Origin: Nitrospirota bacterium
GTDB lineage: Bacteria; Nitrospirota; Nitrospiria; 2-01-FULL-66-17
Direction of reading: 5' to 3'
DNA: 64,000 bases
NCBI GenBank assembly: GCA_049325335.1
Contig: JBMOMC010000002.1
Location: forward strand, 46,612-110,611
Shown here: positions 55,141 to 64,000 of the stretch, piece by piece
How positions within the stretch are numbered: the stretch's first letter is position 1
How the letters are laid out: each line of letters opens with the position of its first letter
Notes under the pieces: model-generated
The model's database searches: none
The model's input: only the letters and a program-made list of their open reading frames with translations
What the model was told of the DNA's origin: nothing
Translations under genes and position numbers: made by a program

Positions 55141-55527
55141 ATGCAAAACCGCATCGTGATCCATTTCGGCGACGGCCGCATCGTCAAAGGCAGCACCGGG
55201 GACTTTTTCCCGAACAAACAGTGGTTTCACTTGGTGGAGAAGGACAGCGGCAAGTCCAATCGCATCGACGTCGCCAAGCTCAAGGGGATTTTTTTCGTCA
55301 AAGACTACGACGGCCAACCGGAATACCGGCATTGCAACGACGTGGAGCGATCCGGGCTTGGGAAACGGGTGAAAGTCAGTTTTAAAGACGGGGAATCGAT
55401 CGTAGGGTATACCTCGGGGTTTTCTCCGACCAAACCGGGTTTTTTCCTCTTTCCCGCGGATGGGAACGGGAACACGGAAAAAATCTTTGTGGTCAGCGTG
55501 GCCACCGAGGAAATCAGTTTTTTGTGA
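55141..55527 (+). CDS. hypothetical protein
   Basis: ATG 55141 with GGGAGGAG RBS; beta-rich, no recognised domain. Confidence 0.45.
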   Translation: MQNRIVIHFGDGRIVKGSTGDFFPNKQWFHLVEKDSGKSNRIDVAKLKGIFFVKDYDGQPEYRHCNDVERSGLGKRVKVSFKDGESIVGYTSGFSPTKPGFFLFPADGNGNTEKIFVVSVATEEISFL

Positions 55528-55582
55528 GAGACCTCGCGGCCGGACGCCCTGCACCCCGCGCTCGAATGCACCATCGGGCGTC

Positions 55583-56566
55583 ATGTCCGGTGCCAACATG
55601 ACACGAAGCGTCGTCCAGCCCCAACTGATGTCCGCGTTGAACGCGGCGAACAACGACGAGTTCCGCTTCGCCCTGATCTGCGGCATCTTGGAGGCGTCGC
55701 CCGACGGCATTCTCGTCGTGGATGATCAGGACCGGATTGTCACGCACAACCGGCGCATGCTGCACGTCTGGGACATCCCGGAGACCGACTTGCCGGGAGC
55801 TCGCGACGGCGTGGCGGAAGGGATCGACGATCACCACCTGTTATCGCGCGTGCTTTCTCGGGTGGCGAATCCGGACGCGTTCCTGGCTCGGGTGAAGGAA
55901 CTGTACGCCGATCCCAAGGCGGACGATCATTGCGAAATCGAGCTCAAGGACGGTCGGACGCTCGATCGGCATTCCACCGGGTTGTGGAACCAAGCTGGGA
56001 AATACCTGGGGCGGGTATGGTTTTTCCGCGACATTACGCAGCGCAAGGCGACCGAAGCCGCGCTGAAAGACCTTGCGCAGACCGATTCGCTCACTGGGGT
56101 GGCGAACCGGCGGCACTTCTTGCTGCGCGCGAACGAGGAGTTCAGCCGCGCGAAACGGTTCGGTCGGCACCTCTCGGTGATCATGATCGACCTCGATCAC
56201 TTCAAGGCCGTCAACGACCGATGGGGCCACGCCGGGGGCGACGAGGTCCTCAAGGCGTTTTGCGCCGCGTGGAGTGCGATCGTGCGACGCGGCGATGTGC
56301 TGGCGCGGATGGGCGGAGAGGAATTTGCGTGGCTGTTGTCAGAAACCGGACGGGAGAAAGCGTGTCTGGCGGCCGAGAAGCTCCGTCGCGTGGCGGCCAC
56401 GATCGCCGTCCCCCGCGACGGCGACGTGATCACGTTTACGATCAGCGCGGGGGTTGCGACCATGGCGCCGACCGATCGAACGGTCGAAGACGCCGTGGCG
56501 CGGGCCGACGCGGCGTTGTATCACGCCAAAGCCAACGGCCGTAACCGCACCGAGTCCGACGCCTAA
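55583..56566 (+). CDS. PAS-GGDEF diguanylate cyclase
   Basis: PAS-like N-terminal region; GGDEF domain with RMGGEEF. Confidence 0.8.
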   Translation: MSGANMTRSVVQPQLMSALNAANNDEFRFALICGILEASPDGILVVDDQDRIVTHNRRMLHVWDIPETDLPGARDGVAEGIDDHHLLSRVLSRVANPDAFLARVKELYADPKADDHCEIELKDGRTLDRHSTGLWNQAGKYLGRVWFFRDITQRKATEAALKDLAQTDSLTGVANRRHFLLRANEEFSRAKRFGRHLSVIMIDLDHFKAVNDRWGHAGGDEVLKAFCAAWSAIVRRGDVLARMGGEEFAWLLSETGREKACLAAEKLRRVAATIAVPRDGDVITFTISAGVATMAPTDRTVEDAVARADAALYHAKANGRNRTESDA

Positions 56567-56586
56567 GCCGCGCGGTCCATCACGGA

Positions 56587-58242
56587 TCAGCGGGCCGGAT
56601 ACGGAGGCAAACTCCGCAGCCGCGGGTCATCAACCGGTCCACCCAGCGTGAAGTGATACAGACTCTGGTACTGGAGTGTCGTCAGTCCCAACACCCGGTG
56701 CATGGGGTCGTCGAAGAAACAGCCGATGCCTGTGCCGCGGATGCCCGTGGCCTCGGCCTCCAAGTATAGGACCTGGCCGACGATGCCGGTTTCCCAAAAC
56801 AGCCTGGGATACGCCCATGCGCCGTCGCGCTGCAAGGGCCGCTCGAACTCCGCGATCATGCCGAGCGCAAAACAGCCGTCGGCCGCAATCGCTTGATGGC
56901 AGGAGACTTGCTCGGCGACTTGCCGGGCATCCCCGGTGAGTAACCGATATAGCGGCAGGCCGTCAGGGCACGCCGCGGGTCGCTCCCAGGCGAACTCCGG
57001 CTTCATGGCCGCGCGGAGGGCCTCCGCCTGCCCGGGCTCTCGTACCAGCAGATAGAGTCCGGGGTCCAGGTCCTGGACGCGATGGACAAAGAGCGCTAAG
57101 TGAACGCGCGGTGTCCAGGGGAGCATGGTGAAGGGGAATTGACCGGGACCGGCCAAGGTCTTGCCCAGAATCTGGTAGAACGCCTCGCGTGTAATGCCGG
57201 TCCGGCCGTCGAACGCCACCGCGCTGCGACGTTGAAAAATCATGTGGCGGAACGGAATCGGCACGGTTCCGATCGCGCGCGGCGGGCCGGCAGGATGAGC
57301 GCTCTCAGCCCCATGAGCGGTTGGCGGCTTGCGGGCCGCGGCGCTCACGCGGTCGATGATGGGCCAGTCCACGTGATCGGGACTCAACGGATTGGGGCGA
57401 CCGTGCCACGACACACTCGCGAACGCGGCGATCGCATCGCTCGGCACCGTCACCGCTCCGCGGGATTCGCCTTGTGGGTAGACCGCGAGCACGCAGTCGG
57501 GGTCCTCGGCTTCGGCGCCGTGAGGATCCCCGACGCCGAGCAACGCCGCCACCTCGTCGCTGCTCAAATCATCCAGGAGGGTTGCCTGCCAGCCCAAACC
57601 CGCGGCCGCCAGGCTCACGGCGGCCATGGCGTGTCCCACGTCGTGCTGGCAATAGCGGTACGCCCGCTCGCCGTACTTCCACGCTTCCCGCCAATGGACC
57701 GACGTCAACCCAATCAACAACACCGCGCTCGGCAACTCCGCGGTCAAGGCTTGCCAGGTCTCCAACGGGACCTCGGCACGGCGTTCCAACGCGTGTTCGG
57801 CGGGCGCGTAGTGGCACACCATCGGCGCAATGCACAATCCCTCGATCGGGCCGCAGATCAGGTACCCTTCAGTGGGATGGAGGTTGCCGCTGGACGGGTT
57901 GATCCGCAACGCCCATGACGAGTCCCCGGCCTGTTTCCAGGCGGAGAGCGCCAGGCTGTCCGAGAAGAGTTGCGACACGGTGCGATGCGTGAAGGGCTGC
58001 GGTACCACGTGGCCTGCGACAAACGCCGGCTCGTAGCGGGGGTCCGGAGTGGGCGCGACGTGCTCCAGCGTGATCAGCGTGGCGCCCGCGTACCGCCGAA
58101 ACGGATCGGGCTGCGTGGCCCAGTCCAAGTGGCCGGGCCCGCGGGCATACGCGTGCAAGTGGTGCTTGGTTGCCTGGTGGTAGGCGATGACTTCCGTGAG
58201 CGTATCAGACGTCACGCTGCCCTGGTCATCGCCGGTCGTCAT
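56587..58242 (-). CDS. SagB-type dehydrogenase / two-domain nitroreductase-family protein
   Basis: N-terminal AYHQATKHH motif typical of SagB/ThcOx-type dehydrogenases; two nitroreductase-like halves. Confidence 0.65.
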   Translation of the reverse strand: MTTGDDQGSVTSDTLTEVIAYHQATKHHLHAYARGPGHLDWATQPDPFRRYAGATLITLEHVAPTPDPRYEPAFVAGHVVPQPFTHRTVSQLFSDSLALSAWKQAGDSSWALRINPSSGNLHPTEGYLICGPIEGLCIAPMVCHYAPAEHALERRAEVPLETWQALTAELPSAVLLIGLTSVHWREAWKYGERAYRYCQHDVGHAMAAVSLAAAGLGWQATLLDDLSSDEVAALLGVGDPHGAEAEDPDCVLAVYPQGESRGAVTVPSDAIAAFASVSWHGRPNPLSPDHVDWPIIDRVSAAARKPPTAHGAESAHPAGPPRAIGTVPIPFRHMIFQRRSAVAFDGRTGITREAFYQILGKTLAGPGQFPFTMLPWTPRVHLALFVHRVQDLDPGLYLLVREPGQAEALRAAMKPEFAWERPAACPDGLPLYRLLTGDARQVAEQVSCHQAIAADGCFALGMIAEFERPLQRDGAWAYPRLFWETGIVGQVLYLEAEATGIRGTGIGCFFDDPMHRVLGLTTLQYQSLYHFTLGGPVDDPRLRSLPPYPAR

Positions 58243-58246
58243 GCCG

Positions 58247-59056
58247 TTATCCCGCGGTGATCACGTCATTGAGCAGCCGACACCCGGCAAAGAGTGTGGC
58301 CTCTTCGTCACGCATCCACCGGCTGATGGCGCCCAGGTAGACGAGTGTGTCCGCGACGGCTTTGATGTCGTGGATCCCGGTGTCCGATTGGGCAACCGTG
58401 GGATTCACCGGTTTGCTGCGATCAATCAGATACCGCAAGAGTTGTCGTTCCGGGCCATGACCAATCTCGGCCGCGAGGCGCTGTACAAAGGGTTCCCACT
58501 GAGGCCGGCCCGTTGCGATCGGATTGTCCCCGTAGTGAAGCAACAACTTGGTCAGATACGGATGGTTCCCGGTCCACGCAGCCAACGGGGGGGCAGTGTC
58601 TTTCCCGATCAGCCGTCGCGTTTCCCCATCAAGGAGGACCGAGAGGGGGAACAGGCGGAACGACACATCAGCCAACATCTGGGTGTCGCCCAAGAGCGTT
58701 CTCAGTCGGCGCCCACCGGTCACCACCAGGCTGGTTGGTTTCGCCGCGCACACTCGCGCGAGCAAGGGGGTGATCACCGAGTCAGTCAGCGCGTCGAGAT
58801 TGTCCAGAACGATGATCGAACCAGGAGACCACTCAGTGTGTGGAGAAGGGATTTCAGCGAGGTCGACCTCGACGGTTGGGCGTGACAGTCCCTGCAGGGC
58901 GGTTCGGACCAGGGAGGTCTTACCCAGCTTCGGCCCGCCGATCACCGCCAGTGACTCGCCCTGCGCGATGCGCCAACGCAGGTTCCGCACGAGGCCCTGC
59001 CGACCGATGAATGTGTCTCCGGTCGTGGGAACGGACGTGAAGGGTGTGATGAACAT
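58247..59056 (-). CDS. P-loop NTPase-like protein of unknown function
   Basis: Walker A-like GGPKLGKTS; 4 nt upstream of SagB-type gene on same strand. Confidence 0.5.
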   Translation of the reverse strand: MFITPFTSVPTTGDTFIGRQGLVRNLRWRIAQGESLAVIGGPKLGKTSLVRTALQGLSRPTVEVDLAEIPSPHTEWSPGSIIVLDNLDALTDSVITPLLARVCAAKPTSLVVTGGRRLRTLLGDTQMLADVSFRLFPLSVLLDGETRRLIGKDTAPPLAAWTGNHPYLTKLLLHYGDNPIATGRPQWEPFVQRLAAEIGHGPERQLLRYLIDRSKPVNPTVAQSDTGIHDIKAVADTLVYLGAISRWMRDEEATLFAGCRLLNDVITAG

Positions 59057-59232
59057 GGCTCACTGTAGCACAGGTCACGCCGCGCTCGATGTGCTCCGCC
59101 TCGCAGCTCCTCCACTGAATCCCTCGGATCGAAGGATTCGGTTTGCCGGCCGCCTCCGTCGTTGATTTGAGAACCGCATAAACCTCACGGCGACTTCCCG
59201 GCATAGAGACCCGGGTTGGCGTCGAACTGCCG

Positions 59233-59403
59233 CTAACGGCCGACCGAACAGCAGGAGTATGTTTGGTCCCGATGCTCGCTCTGATCTGCCGTGTTCTTCG
59301 GGTTTGCCGACATGCAGCAGTCCGGATCCTTCTGGGGCATGCCGTGATGAACCGAAGTGGTATGTCCACACCCGCACCCCCCGGTTACTGTCTGTTTGTT
59401 CAT
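59233..59403 (-). CDS. small Cys/His-rich peptide (56 aa), not in ORF track
   Basis: AGGAGG 6 nt upstream of ATG 59403; MNKQTVTGGCGCGHTTSVHHGMPQKDPDCCMSANPKNTADQSEHRDQTYSCCSVGR; 6 Cys in CxC/CC/CC pairs plus 4 His. Confidence 0.5.
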   Translation of the reverse strand: MNKQTVTGGCGCGHTTSVHHGMPQKDPDCCMSANPKNTADQSEHRDQTYSCCSVGR

Positions 59404-59585
59404 GTCCGTCCTCCTGTTTGGGGGTTCGCCAAAGGCTCAAGTGCCCTGGTCACCTCGGAGACGGACGACCGAGCCGGATATTACACCGGGCCAAACAATG
59501 CCCCGCCTTCCCTCCAAACACGTGGTCCGCACCGCTTGTCGGGTGAACGCGGAATACGATAGACTCCGGCCTCTGAGAGCTACCG

Positions 59586-60191
59586 ATGTCCGACCATCTG
59601 TCTCATCAGCCGCATGAGTCCGAGGCTCCCGAGTCGGCAGTCGTCCGGCTTGACGACCTGGTGGCGGCGCTCAACCAACACCAGGACGCGTTTCGCGGGT
59701 TTCTGCGCCGTCGGGTGGAGGACTCGGCGTTGGCGGAGGACTTGCTTCAGCAGAGTCTGGTGCGGGCGGTGGAGCGCCACCGCTCGGTCCGAGACGAGAC
59801 CAGCGCGGTGGCGTGGTTCTACCAGATTTTGCGCAACACCGTCATCGACTATTACCGCTCGCGCGGGGCGGAAGCGCGGCGCGATGACGCGTACCTTCAA
59901 GAGCTGGTGGCGACCGGACAGGACAAGGAGCCGCCGCCGGGTGAGATCACCGCCACGATCTGCGCGTGCCTTAATCGATTGCTGCCGGCTTTGCGGCCGA
60001 ACTACGCCGAACTGATCCGGCGTATCGATCTGGAAGGTGAATCGCCCCAACAGGTCGCGGCGGCACTGAACATCTCGGTGAATAACCTGACGGTTCGACT
60101 CCACCGTGCCCGCCAAGCCCTCCGCGCCAGCCTGGAAGAGACCTGCGGCATCTGTACCACCCACGGGTGCTTAAACTGTACCTGCGAATAG
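59586..60191 (+). CDS. ECF sigma factor with C-terminal Cys-rich extension (CorE-like)
   Basis: Sigma-70 region 2 and region 4 patterns; tail CGICTTHGCLNCTCE. Confidence 0.8.
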   Translation: MSDHLSHQPHESEAPESAVVRLDDLVAALNQHQDAFRGFLRRRVEDSALAEDLLQQSLVRAVERHRSVRDETSAVAWFYQILRNTVIDYYRSRGAEARRDDAYLQELVATGQDKEPPPGEITATICACLNRLLPALRPNYAELIRRIDLEGESPQQVAAALNISVNNLTVRLHRARQALRASLEETCGICTTHGCLNCTCE

Positions 60192-60315
60192 GCCGGGAGG
60201 ATCGGCGCGCCGTTTCCGGCGAGGCCCTGTTCCGGCACTGTAATATCCGCGACGGTCGTCCGTCTCCAGGGTGAGCACGGGCAATGGGCCTGGGGCACCA
60301 CGAGGAGGGCGACCC

Positions 60316-61080
60316 ATGAACAGCGCGACGATGACAACTCGGGACCACGCAACAGCGCACCACCACGGCACGGTCACGGACCCGATCTGCGGGATGTCGG
60401 TTGACCCGGCGGAGGCGGCTGGCACGAGCGAGTACCGGGGCAACACGTATTATTTCTGCTCGATTCGATGCAAACAAACGTTCGATCGCGATCCGCCCGC
60501 GCACGTTCGTTCCGAGGCTCACGCAGGGCGCGGACCGGCGTCGAAGCCGCCTACGGTTTCCGATCAACCTGGCGGGTTGGGCTCGCTCAATCGTCTGGCC
60601 TTGAGCGCGACCGTGCACTGCTTGACCGGTTGCGCGACCGGTGAAGTGCTGGGTCTGGTGATCGGCACGGCGTTGGGGTGGGGTACATGGCCCACCATCG
60701 CGTTGGCGGTGGGCTTGGCCTTCGTGTTCGGTTATCTCTTTACTCTGGTCCCGCTCGTGCGGGGAGGGCTGGGATTCCGCGCCGCGTTCGGTCTGGCTTT
60801 GGCCTCGGACACGGCGTCGATCGCGATCATGGAAGTGGTCGACAACGGCGTGATGCTCGTGATTCCCGGCGCAATGGACGCGGGGCTGGCCGATCCGCTT
60901 TTCTGGGGAAGCCTTTCCATCGCACTGACGATCGCGGGCGTCGCCGCGTTTCCGGTGAATCGGTGGCTGATCGCCCGCGGGCGAGGGCATGCCTTGGTCC
61001 ATCAGTACCACGGCCACACCCCGTCGGAGGGTGGGCCTGCCGGCGGGCAGCATGCCGGGACATACGGAGCGCACCATTAA
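60316..61080 (+). CDS. YHS-domain + DUF4396-like membrane protein
   Basis: YHS/TRASH-like DPICGMSV...YYFCSIRCKQTF then 4-TM domain with HCLTGCATGE; GAGGAGGG RBS before ATG 60316. Confidence 0.7.
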   Translation: MNSATMTTRDHATAHHHGTVTDPICGMSVDPAEAAGTSEYRGNTYYFCSIRCKQTFDRDPPAHVRSEAHAGRGPASKPPTVSDQPGGLGSLNRLALSATVHCLTGCATGEVLGLVIGTALGWGTWPTIALAVGLAFVFGYLFTLVPLVRGGLGFRAAFGLALASDTASIAIMEVVDNGVMLVIPGAMDAGLADPLFWGSLSIALTIAGVAAFPVNRWLIARGRGHALVHQYHGHTPSEGGPAGGQHAGTYGAHH

Positions 61081-61194
61081 TGGATTGGGACGCGTGAACG
61101 GCATCGTTATCACCGTGCACCACCGTCGGAGGCCTGTCATTCCGCGTGGTGATATGGTCTGCGGGTTTGCCAATTCCGCGAGGGGACTTCCGGC

Positions 61195-62019
61195 ATGACC
61201 GACCGCGCAGGTGGCGCGTCCGTGCGGTGGCCGCTCCCCAAACACGACTACTGGTCCACGCCGTTCGCCGAGGCGTTGTTACACCATTTGGTGCTCGTTC
61301 CGGGATTGACCATCCTGGATGTTGCCTGCGGCCACGGTATTCCCGCGTTCTATGTGGCCGAACAGATCGGCCCGACCGGGCAGGTCTTGGGCCTCGACAT
61401 CAGCGAGCACCAGATCGCGCGCGCTCGGGCGATTCAGGGATCGCAGCTCCCGTGGTTGAAGTTTGAGTGTGTGGACGTGCGCGTATTGCCGTCATCGGTT
61501 CCGACGTTCGATCGCATTATCGGCAACTTGTCGGTCATGTTCTTTCGCCCGAACCGGTTCGACTCGGTCCGCGGGTTGGTTGAGCATCTCAAGCCCGGCG
61601 GCCAACTGGTCCTGACCTTCCCGTCCCTCGGCACGTTCGATGCGCTGTGGCGGAGAATCGATCGCGAAATGGTCGCGCGCGGGCTGAGGGTGGAAGCATC
61701 GCGCCTTGCGGCGTATGTGGCGGAGCGGCCGTCCGCCAAAGACGGTCGGGGATGGCTCGAAGCATTGGGTCTCGATCGGATCGAGGTTGCCGAGTGGCCC
61801 CTGGAAATCGCCACCGGTCCCGGCCCGGCGTTTCTTTTCCATCCGTTGCTGCGAGGAGGATTTCTTGACGATGCGTATGAGTGTTTCGATGATCAGCGGC
61901 TTGCGGACGAGGTCATGAAGGCGGTATCCGAGGACTTGCCGAGTTTCACGCCGTTGATCGCCCAACGGTGCGTCTTGTCGGGGTGGAAGCGCGGCCTGAA
62001 CGACGCCGCGGTCAAGTGA
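61195..62019 (+). CDS. class I SAM-dependent methyltransferase
   Basis: Motif I LDVACGHG and motif post-I LGLDIS. Confidence 0.8.
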   Translation: MTDRAGGASVRWPLPKHDYWSTPFAEALLHHLVLVPGLTILDVACGHGIPAFYVAEQIGPTGQVLGLDISEHQIARARAIQGSQLPWLKFECVDVRVLPSSVPTFDRIIGNLSVMFFRPNRFDSVRGLVEHLKPGGQLVLTFPSLGTFDALWRRIDREMVARGLRVEASRLAAYVAERPSAKDGRGWLEALGLDRIEVAEWPLEIATGPGPAFLFHPLLRGGFLDDAYECFDDQRLADEVMKAVSEDLPSFTPLIAQRCVLSGWKRGLNDAAVK

Positions 62020-62563
62020 TGTGTGTGAGCCGTAGCCGGGGCGTGTCCGATCCAGACGCCGGTCTGACCCCGGTGTCCACCAGCCCGAGATAGCGATCGA
62101 CATCGGTCCGGAATGTTTCGACTGCGAGTCCCATCCAGATTCCGTGGAATGCACCGAGTCGCTCGCCCGCTGCTTTGGCGAGCGTGCGCGCCGCCCGCGT
62201 GTGGCCCATGCGGAGTTTAAGCAACGCAGCGGCCGAGCCGATCAGTCCCTGGACGAACCGCGCGTGGTCTGACTGCGGGGGGTGCGCGCGCCACAACGGT
62301 TCCCACGCTTCATGCGCCTCCCAGAAATACCAACGGTTGAACAGGTCGACCCCGCGAAGATAGGCCTGCAGCGTCGGCCACTGCTCGGGCGTCCATGGTG
62401 CGTGCACGGCGGGTACACTGCGCGCGATGCGACCGGTTTCCGGGTTTCGGTCAGGGTGCGGCGAGAGGCCGGGGATGAATCGCGACGCGGGGAGCGTCCG
62501 GTCGGATCCGTACCAGGGAATCGTGGCGACGTCAGATGGATCAAGGGGCGGGGTGACGGGCAT
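62012..62563 (-). CDS. DUF309-domain protein
   Basis: DLFNRWYFWEAHEAWEPLW matches the DUF309 signature. Confidence 0.6.
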   Translation of the reverse strand: MPVTPPLDPSDVATIPWYGSDRTLPASRFIPGLSPHPDRNPETGRIARSVPAVHAPWTPEQWPTLQAYLRGVDLFNRWYFWEAHEAWEPLWRAHPPQSDHARFVQGLIGSAAALLKLRMGHTRAARTLAKAAGERLGAFHGIWMGLAVETFRTDVDRYLGLVDTGVRPASGSDTPRLRLTHIT

Positions 62564-62595
62564 CAGGTGGTGGATAGAAGATGACGGGTGGGTCG

Positions 62596-64000
62596 CTACT
62601 TCGCGGAGAATGAAAAGTTAGCGTTGGTCTGTCGGTTTGGACGGATCGTGACGTGGGCGTCCTGTTTTCCCAACGTGGGGTGCCACGCGTAGACGTCGTA
62701 CGTCCCCGGCGGGATGTCGTGAATCCGGAATGAGCCGTCGTCCCGTACGATGGCGTAGTAGGGATTCTCCACCGGGAGGAAGAATGCCTGCATGAAGTTA
62801 TGCTGATCGCACTCCAGTTTGAAGATACGGTCTTTCTTCCGGAGGATTACCGGCTTCTTGATGATCTGGCCTTTTTCAGGGAGGGGAAGATTGAAGATCG
62901 ATATGTTGCTCGAGCCCACGACTTCATAACTATGCAGATTGTGCAGGACGCCAGTGGCGGCTTTGGGATCGGTTGGGTCCGCGTCCAGATTTTCGATCAC
63001 GATTTCCTTTTTCTTGACCACCACGCCCGCAAACGTCGATGCGCCGCCCTGCACGAGAAAGCGACACCCCTCCGCCGTCACCTTGGTCCCCGTGAACTCA
63101 AAGGGCTCCCCGCTCTGGACATCCTTCATGTAGACCACGACGTCCTTGAGCGCGTTGTCCTTGCCGATTCGGACCTCCTGGACAATACGATTGCCGTGAC
63201 CGTCGGAGTCGGCTCGGGCGCAGAATCCCATGTTGGGGAACTTGTCGAGGGCAACCACCTTGGGCGCGGGCGGAACGCCTTTGAACGTCACCATGCCCGT
63301 CAGCGTTCCACCCGTCCTGGCCGGGATTTCGACGGAGTCCTCGTCGTCTTCGATCTCGTCTGACTCAGCCGGCACAACGACGAGGTGGATTGGATCCGGC
63401 GTATCGAATGTCAGGGTGACGCGCTGCGTTCGTTCATTACCGGCGGCGTCGCGCGCTGAGACGGTGATGGTGTTGGTCCCCTCGAGCAACGGCACGCTGT
63501 GTGAGAATTCGCCGCGATCCAAGGCAAGGGGAACGTCGTTAAGTCGCGCCTCCACCACGTCGTCGGTATCGGAAATTCGACCCTCCACCGTGATCACTCC
63601 GACATTCGTCACCATGCCATCAGCCGGCCTCGAGATCGAGATATCTGGAGAGATGGTATCAAGCGCGACCATGATCGAGTCCCGGCTCTGATTGCCGGCG
63701 CGGTCCACAGCGGTGGCCACCAGCGGATTCGATCCCTGATCGGTCAGCAGAACGTGAGCGGTAAAAGTCCTGCCCGTCGTCGTCGCCCGTACGTCATTGA
63801 CCGTTACGACCGCAGTCGCGTCATCAACCGTGCCAGTGACGATCACGAGGTTACGATTCAGGAGTGCCCCATACGCCGGGGACGTGATGGTCACCGCGGG
63901 GCGGGTAGTATCTGGACGTGTGGAGACGGTTCCTTTCGGCGTGGCTTCGACCGTGTCCGTCGTCGGAGCTTCGTTGGCGAGCACCAGGGGTTCACGGGCC
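62596..64000 (-). CDS. Ig-like / carboxypeptidase-regulatory-like domain protein, probably N-terminally truncated by window end
   Basis: Beta-rich repeats; frame stays open upstream of 63984 to the window edge; no signal peptide at ORF-track start. Confidence 0.5.
   Translation of the reverse strand, partial: AREPLVLANEAPTTDTVEATPKGTVSTRPDTTRPAVTITSPAYGALLNRNLVIVTGTVDDATAVVTVNDVRATTTGRTFTAHVLLTDQGSNPLVATAVDRAGNQSRDSIMVALDTISPDISISRPADGMVTNVGVITVEGRISDTDDVVEARLNDVPLALDRGEFSHSVPLLEGTNTITVSARDAAGNERTQRVTLTFDTPDPIHLVVVPAESDEIEDDEDSVEIPARTGGTLTGMVTFKGVPPAPKVVALDKFPNMGFCARADSDGHGNRIVQEVRIGKDNALKDVVVYMKDVQSGEPFEFTGTKVTAEGCRFLVQGGASTFAGVVVKKKEIVIENLDADPTDPKAATGVLHNLHSYEVVGSSNISIFNLPLPEKGQIIKKPVILRKKDRIFKLECDQHNFMQAFFLPVENPYYAIVRDDGSFRIHDIPPGTYDVYAWHPTLGKQDAHVTIRPNRQTNANFSFSAK

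Noticed and set aside
56587-59403. Thiazole/oxazole-type RiPP cluster as a firm call
   Set aside because: No YcaO cyclodehydratase or E1-like partner is visible in the window; kept only as a hypothesis in findings.
3776-61245. Numerous long alternate-frame ORFs from the track (e.g. 3776..4783 -, 17791..18876 -, 18666..20009 -, 22936..23805 -, 25312..26784 -, 28393..29799 +, 36085..37299 +, 59971..61245 -)
   Set aside because: Each is embedded in or antisense to a gene with clear domain motifs; translations are Arg/Pro/Gly-rich low-complexity strings expected from stop-poor frames in GC-rich DNA.
1-64000. CRISPR arrays, tRNA/rRNA genes, transposases or integrases
   Set aside because: No regularly spaced short direct repeats, no cloverleaf-like or rRNA-like segments in intergenic regions, and no transposase or recombinase motifs in any frame were found; the islet at 15397..17220 carries no recognisable mobility gene.

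Overview
High-GC (about 65%) bacterial chromosomal window, densely coding, with many start/stop overlaps (ATGA/GTGA) that indicate operons. No rRNA, tRNA, CRISPR array or transposase was recognised. All calls rest on reading the six-frame translations for motifs; no database search was run, so family names are inferences. Main content in order: (1) HNH endonuclease, gamma-carbonic-anhydrase-like protein, serine hydrolase, SirB1-like protein, and a small 2Fe-2S protein coupled to an MsbA-like ABC exporter. (2) A minus-strand sulfate assimilation operon cysH - sir (sulfite reductase with a C-terminal TusA-like domain) - sat. (3) CNNM/CorC transporter and convergent pabB-pabC. (4) A roughly 1.8 kb low-GC islet directly upstream of pabB carrying one DUF4236-family gene, flanked by a diverged duplicate of the pabB 5' end and a 20-bp-arm hairpin. 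(5) A signalling block: HEAT-repeat protein + HD-GYP, sensor kinase + sigma-54 NtrC-type regulator, a sigma-54 promoter in front of a small secreted protein, two paralogous Lpp-like lipoproteins, FHA protein, PAS-GGDEF-EAL protein. (6) A 17-gene co-directional minus-strand envelope operon (47745 down to 31624): beta-propeller tri-heme lipoprotein, cytochrome-c-like lipoprotein, two outer-membrane barrels, TlpA, DUF4266, DUF3570, ApbE, three TPR proteins, ExbB-ExbD-ExbD-TonB. This is the strongest candidate for an undescribed system, followed by the DUF4236 islet. (7) MATE exporter, YceI, a second c-di-GMP block (GGDEF - MinD-like ATPase - degenerate GAF-GGDEF, PAS-GGDEF). (8) A SagB-type dehydrogenase + P-loop protein + an unannotated 56-aa Cys/His-rich peptide, divergent from a CorE-like ECF sigma factor and a YHS/DUF4396 membrane protein.
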